Assembly: GCA_003140895.1 (NCBI GenBank)
Contig: PLLH01000012.1
Coordinates: forward strand, 3,661 to 67,660
Origin: Elusimicrobiota bacterium
GTDB lineage: Bacteria; Elusimicrobiota; Elusimicrobia; F11
Direction: 5' to 3'
Length of the DNA stretch: 64,000 bases
In this document: one piece after another, positions 61,201-64,000 of the stretch
How the letters are laid out: each line of letters opens with the position of its first letter
Position numbering within the stretch: the stretch's first letter is position 1
Position numbers and translations under genes: made by a program
The notes under the pieces: generated by a model
The model's database searches: none
The model's input: the letters and a program-made list of their open reading frames with translations, nothing else
What the model was told of the DNA's origin: nothing

Positions 61201-64000
61201 AATGGGCAGAAGAACAAGGAAGGCGATAGCGACATCCAACAAGGCCTGATGAGGCGAATAACTCCGGTTGCTGTTCCAGAACCATGTGACCCCTTTCCAA
61301 ATTAATACCGCCAGGGAGAAGAGGACCCCCAGGATAATCAGGGCTTGACCGCTCACGAAAGAGAGGGGATCCCGAATCATGATTGAAAACCGATCCGGCT
61401 GCGATGCCTTTGACAGATCGAGATCAGGCACTTTAATATTCTCTTGAAGATCTTTTTTGGCGCCGGTTCCAGAAACGTCGCTCGTGAAACGCAAGGCTTT
61501 CACCGTCGACGTCATCGACACGCCGAAATCGGATTTGTCCAGTTTCGGAAGAATGACCCGCCCATCCCCCGTCGGAACGCCCAAGTCCACATCCAACCCG
61601 GTGGGATCAACGCCGCTGGCTTCCCTGAGAAGTCCGGTCTTGTTGTCCGCGAAGTCGCGAAGGCTGTTCAACGCGAAATTCACCCCATTGGGATAGTGGA
61701 TCCGCTGGGATAATTGGCCAAAGCGGACCGAAAGCTCGGACGAGAACAATTTTCCCTCAGTGCGCCCCATTGTTTCGGGAGAGAAATCCAAGCCGGAGGC
61801 GCCATTCCCTTGTCCGTAAAAGACTTTGAGATAGTTTTCCATCCACTGACGCACGGTGGATTCCTTCTCGCCCAACAAGAGGGCCGCCTCGGCGCCGGCC
61901 AAAGAGGACTCCAGCGGCGTCCACCGGCTCGGGATGAGAACATAGGGTTGGTTTTTCCCTTCCGTTCCGGTCGGTTTCACGCCGGTGATCCAAAGTTGTT
62001 GCCTGAAATGAGCCGGGGTAAATCCCTCTCCCTTTTTCACATGGGGAAGAATATTGCCTTTAAACCAACGCTCGAGATTCCGGCGGCTAACAAGAATTTC
62101 TGTTTGAAAATCGCCGAGCGAAGTCGGAGGCTGCCCGTGGGTTAATACCGTTTCCCACTCCCGTAGCAGAATCAGGGCTTCTTTGTTGGTGCCAACGCGG
62201 TAATTGTCCGGCTCCGGCGTCAACGTCACGCCCATTTCCCGAAGGAGATAGAGATTTCGAGGTTTGTATTCGGAGAACCCTCCGCTGACCGTCAGAATTC
62301 CCGTCAAAGATTCCACATCTTGCGGGGTTTTAGCTAGCCGCATGACCAGCGCGTCGATGGCCCCCCTCTGAATGACCTCAACCTGCCGAGGAGTCTCGGC
62401 CGATTGGCGGCGCGCCGTTTCCAACGTTTTTTCGATAAAGTTCAGATCATCCGCCGACAATTCTCTCTCTTTTTGATCGCTCCGAAGATTGTCCCAGACC
62501 TCCACCAACCGTTCCGCCCGCTCTTTCGACGCCCCTTTAAACCAAAAGAAATTATTGTCCGGCAAAAACTCCAGACTTCTCTGCGTCAATCGGACCGCCA
62601 ACTCCCAATATTTTTTATCGCCGGTTTTCTCAGCCAGCGCCAACGCAGCCCGCGCCACCGCCACGTTGCTTTCCGCCGTTGGGATGGCGATACCCGGCTT
62701 CCCGTATTCATCGCTGAATTGGCGACGGGCCCCGGAACCGATGTCATAAGCGGAAAGGACGTATTGTTCTCCTCCCGTCGTGGCTCTGTCGTAAAAGCCC
62801 ATCATCTCTTCGGCAAGAGAAACCTCGCCCATATCAAGAAGACCCCGGATGATCTCAGAGACGTTGCTTGATTGGGGAAAAGCGGATCGGCGCGTCCCCA
62901 TATCGGTTTCCGGCAATCGAGTGGAATCTCCCATGGACGATTTAATAGAGGCGATCAAGGTCTCCTGATCCAAATTCCACGCAGGACCCTTGTTTCGATC
63001 AAACTCGGGAACGGAGCGATCTTTCCACGACGGGATTAAATTGAGCGGCGTCCCTTCCACAAGAGCTTTAACCGCATAGGGATTCAACTGTTCCAAAACA
63101 AAACGCTGCGGATTATTTTCCCCACCAAACCTGCTGTATTCTTTCTCTAGAGAGGGATTAAGAGTGCGGAGAACGCCATTAACAATGTTGGCATTGATGC
63201 GAGGGAATTTTGCCTTCGGATCAAACAATCCCATCGGAAAATACAATGTGGCCGGGTTGTTCGTGTCCTCCGTGTCATTTGGGAAGAGAACGATGGCCAC
63301 CGCTTTATCCACGTTCGCGACGTTCACTTGGAGCCGGCCGCCGCTCACTTGATGGGTTGTGATCACGCGACTCAACCATCCTCCGAAATAGGATTCCACA
63401 TATTCGGGAATCTGGAGGTAAGGAGAAATAGCGTGGGCGAGATAAAACCGAACGCAATCGTACGTTTCTCCGTTCTTTTGCCAATACGTCACGGACACGG
63501 GGAGGCCGTTATCAAACACCGTAATTTTGGTTTGATCTCCTTTCCCGCGGGTCACCTGGACCACCCCATTCCCCAAATCCACAACCTGTGATTTAAGATC
63601 GGGAATTTTGACGTGCAGCGTTGCTTTCGGGAAAAATTCTTTCTGAATTTTGTCAGTCATCTTCCAATCGTTTTCGTTCTCAGATTGTCCCAACCGTTCA
63701 ACCGAGCTCACTTCCACGTTCCCTTTCGCTTGGACTTCAAACCGGAGGGACGAAAGGTCTAGGCCGGTCCCCCTCAGCTTCTCGACTGGAATAATAAAGG
63801 AACGGGTCGCGTTGTCGATAGGGAACCTGAGCGAATGCCCCTGCATGGGACGAACATCGACAAAGCGGACCTCTCGACGCCCATCCGCCCGAAGCCGTTC
63901 TTCCACCAACGGATCATTAAAAAATGGAGACCAGAATTTAAATCCATTGGAATTAGAGAAGTCATTGTCCACAACGACGGACCGGCCTTTGGCGTCCGTT
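55219..64000 (-). CDS. giant polytopic membrane protein, >2,917 aa, N-terminus off-window (function unknown; synthase/exporter-like alternation of TM blocks and large soluble domains)
   Basis: Uninterrupted reverse-strand frame from 55219 to the window edge. The frame is still open upstream of the GTG at 63972 (TDAKGRSVVVDNDF...). TM blocks at roughly aa 870-960, 1200-1625 (~12 helices), 2100-2510 (~10 helices) and 2605-2660, separated by soluble domains of 240-475 aa. Confidence 0.75.
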   Translation of the reverse strand, partial: TDAKGRSVVVDNDFSNSNGFKFWSPFFNDPLVEERLRADGRREVRFVDVRPMQGHSLRFPIDNATRSFIIPVEKLRGTGLDLSSLRFEVQAKGNVEVSSVERLGQSENENDWKMTDKIQKEFFPKATLHVKIPDLKSQVVDLGNGVVQVTRGKGDQTKITVFDNGLPVSVTYWQKNGETYDCVRFYLAHAISPYLQIPEYVESYFGGWLSRVITTHQVSGGRLQVNVANVDKAVAIVLFPNDTEDTNNPATLYFPMGLFDPKAKFPRINANIVNGVLRTLNPSLEKEYSRFGGENNPQRFVLEQLNPYAVKALVEGTPLNLIPSWKDRSVPEFDRNKGPAWNLDQETLIASIKSSMGDSTRLPETDMGTRRSAFPQSSNVSEIIRGLLDMGEVSLAEEMMGFYDRATTGGEQYVLSAYDIGSGARRQFSDEYGKPGIAIPTAESNVAVARAALALAEKTGDKKYWELAVRLTQRSLEFLPDNNFFWFKGASKERAERLVEVWDNLRSDQKERELSADDLNFIEKTLETARRQSAETPRQVEVIQRGAIDALVMRLAKTPQDVESLTGILTVSGGFSEYKPRNLYLLREMGVTLTPEPDNYRVGTNKEALILLREWETVLTHGQPPTSLGDFQTEILVSRRNLERWFKGNILPHVKKGEGFTPAHFRQQLWITGVKPTGTEGKNQPYVLIPSRWTPLESSLAGAEAALLLGEKESTVRQWMENYLKVFYGQGNGASGLDFSPETMGRTEGKLFSSELSVRFGQLSQRIHYPNGVNFALNSLRDFADNKTGLLREASGVDPTGLDVDLGVPTGDGRVILPKLDKSDFGVSMTSTVKALRFTSDVSGTGAKKDLQENIKVPDLDLSKASQPDRFSIMIRDPLSFVSGQALIILGVLFSLAVLIWKGVTWFWNSNRSYSPHQALLDVAIAFLVLLPIPILLYGFGLTGLGVSLSAAWLYPASQIITSGIGARRFEGYAALRLRKWRALENGQRIYDDALIEAATDRYYKRVLGTYQVVRDGVPTDIFGASVPNEYVSADPALAANQHVGTGEIPFLPGLAYIHILTLEYYRRLHPGWTQEELAAAAAPIMLDPNALNPGVDKPELMRLDRYLRRAGWWFRDQISRPNVNSHIYAETELYFSHMAEKLRKILARPLMEDGTKVLSADDRAAFEMVLGELGLLEADTIQPEEFGAKIEAHADRHNLISIHPYWTEIVSFAPRLILFAVTFAFIYARDSLSPLQLLSNNFFNVPSWWSGLGATGLLIGLLALCVSYWFYFEGNFLKDKTTFGRIQRLVLSNTGRAALMLSLAIGCLGTLMFIPGVFGYFSVTSLEITSLLLPAVVAGIMFMEILALLTNRISFLGTMRFYQFRTTAIFGHPRAVAFMAMQYALFLAFAWWVTSYVVPFFEGYLVSAWGYQDFLKPGFNFSTHAIGALVIAGAISLFIYELTRFRLADPSRNPEPYKRYLKVFPLVTLVFFALSFFLDIYRPVGGMVIGGFALFSALYLAHYAIFVLVIGLTAITSKIGKFRNLLEIGVGLAVLEGILYLIGGSNSSSFALWAAVMGIRVIIQMLLMLTAMSAGDPAFSTGILGAGIAAFYVPMWFGTSYAQGLFFGLISLAVLVRAVRFIAYLVRRSNNHAAVDSQPAAFGIWITGGQPMSSQALKSVNNPLLYYMTLWRTVIKPNAFHSPQDILDVTGKHPVTDAEVEEALGFLFQTENEHQRTIFGEEAIAILGEPLTPVQMELDQATDENGRNLNLIVRVNDPREAELLRLGYRLERLMVTRIPIRGSQRDTLVYAIQLAHALRARGLTQAPKFYIQSNKYDPTKPSENNPDDKAPSQLFDLDGAKKKEMDERLAAARFITITTGISAEVDHNWTFNACKSGAQNGNSGSFRNLKKTYVLDRNAQSFTLEETVDDINSLLTDPTIAGIFPIRTTPNIAFPVGSQSDMGEYGFSMFEDALVNYLGGTVGEMVAIGWGNLVALPYNDLFVAFSDPAFPYRFNVGNSSLDRSFGGIHGFLNLPHVSEDFLQIQFSAEGMKSMGITPRLLTSRGMHYKLREHSTMMEMVLARPRWSGGGDPGQKGRDILAQRLRDYGSDSIFMREMQRNRARYYLTAPLGMINVTFTPLLIMTGYTPFAGILLLFWVIGIVANQVLTLNGLASYIDRAGFWAGLSIWLSQRFRDMILFAPLTFIEFYGVMETLIKDVRYGFIFNLSGGAKMEDYNPNVLPGMLKTNGPYDIFRWMFGTGVITTLVNLYAISRLDLLNALMLYPMLVFTTGLVIGSYIYLHQKGPKKQSLLGWRRWTPKMIGVGLAALIMIGMSLGLGLFSNDVIVAPILLGASFFLFFILFPGTFIVTNGATPRERLHNFWVLVMWVGIGLLASLGVSLPLSGTQAIVTGALIGLVPFFTSMAILSRMLHIGGPFRQSRASVRKMVRTSYVKHAPLFLKDPFTLPTIRRSAILGMVGLVWLALNPTPALVTARVLDFNMTVNYLQIGQSLGITVIALSIIFIFGFTTMRLYTWANSRQFRTLYRWFKEKQENRDTINYDMTSVIEALIQGVWVARDTRAPLKGSKYLRDMEEALETYDNPAHYFDRESRTRWHEFMDIVHGLVVKTRDTLLKAHILVLGGLLWIMMAETSFGMSFDSMSGPSRGSPLSSSVVFFAVVGFLTYGAILLRRALSFKKTPSEKVVERPASLDDDSVVEPEDAWNHVDRTGEISGAEAFRAVPRASIPEKFLSAMTALFVAIEAKTKDLNAIGPLVLVVQTEEELRNAAKSIQAVQMIGQEKVASRAKFIFVEQSLYERMRDQWAALKLDSVNLISIDLKANDVGQTLVEETSRRLGRPETTAQKLSQPYSLFVPETLAGLISISEFPAAWKNQIDIRNFNVKDELSLARALLKILLNTAETDRFFSSFKGAGLEMLIKTSSLVRLNA

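Noticed and set aside
1-64000. CRISPR arrays, rRNA or tRNA genes
   Set aside because: No direct-repeat/spacer periodicity. No tRNA-like GTTCGAATC T-arm context in any intergenic gap. All intergenic gaps are under 210 nt.

Overview
This is a 64-kb, gene-dense chromosomal window (GC roughly 55-57%) from a diderm bacterium. It carries LPS-heptose genes, Omp85 and OmpA outer-membrane proteins, and T9SS-type C-terminal sorting domains, which suggests an FCB-superphylum-like lineage (inference only). About one third of the window is two giant ORFs. Layout, start to end:

- **1-9,850, minus strand:** a long co-directional housekeeping block running TPR-aroE-aroC-aroK-aroB-M24 peptidase-efp-accB-accC-gmhA-rfaE(II)-small ORF-thiE (thiE truncated at position 1).
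- **10.0-17.5 kb, plus strand:** a secretion or cell-surface locus. It holds a signal-peptide protein, an HExxH metalloprotease with a T9SS type-A-like C-terminal sorting domain, two tandem FadL/PorV-like beta-barrel paralogs, a small protein with an FlgD-Ig/CTD-like tail, and an Omp85-family protein.
- **17,487-28,958, minus strand:** a single uninterrupted 11.5-kb ORF encoding a 3,823-aa polytopic megaprotein. It has a signal peptide, a TraB/GumN-like domain, four repeated transmembrane modules, two Hsp90/sacsin-type GHKL ATPase modules, a degenerate kinase-like domain and an intact Ser/Thr kinase domain. This is the most unusual feature and no characterised family matches it.
- **29-33 kb:** a class A beta-lactamase-like protein, clpS, an OmpA-like protein, metF and a NUDIX hydrolase.
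- **33.2-34.7 kb:** a low-GC islet (about 42%) with a GIY-YIG-like protein and a HigB/HigA-like toxin-antitoxin pair, flanked by a GNAT acetyltransferase.
- **35-47 kb:** a fused IorA/IorB 2-oxoacid:ferredoxin oxidoreductase, a small OMP, nadK, pmbA/tldD, trpS, hpf, and the first MurNAc/peptidoglycan-recycling genes (nagZ and a BadF/MurK-like kinase).
- **47-53 kb:** rsgA flanked by a repeated GC-rich hairpin element, then murQ, anmK, an SSS transporter and namZ (DUF1343).
- **53-55 kb:** a DUF1573 protein, a lipoprotein rhodanese and a MauE-like protein.
- **55,219-64,000, minus strand:** a second giant ORF, more than 2,917 aa with its N-terminus off-window, encoding a polytopic membrane protein of unknown function.

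No rRNA, tRNA or CRISPR array was seen. Many long antisense ORFs in the six-frame track are judged spurious.
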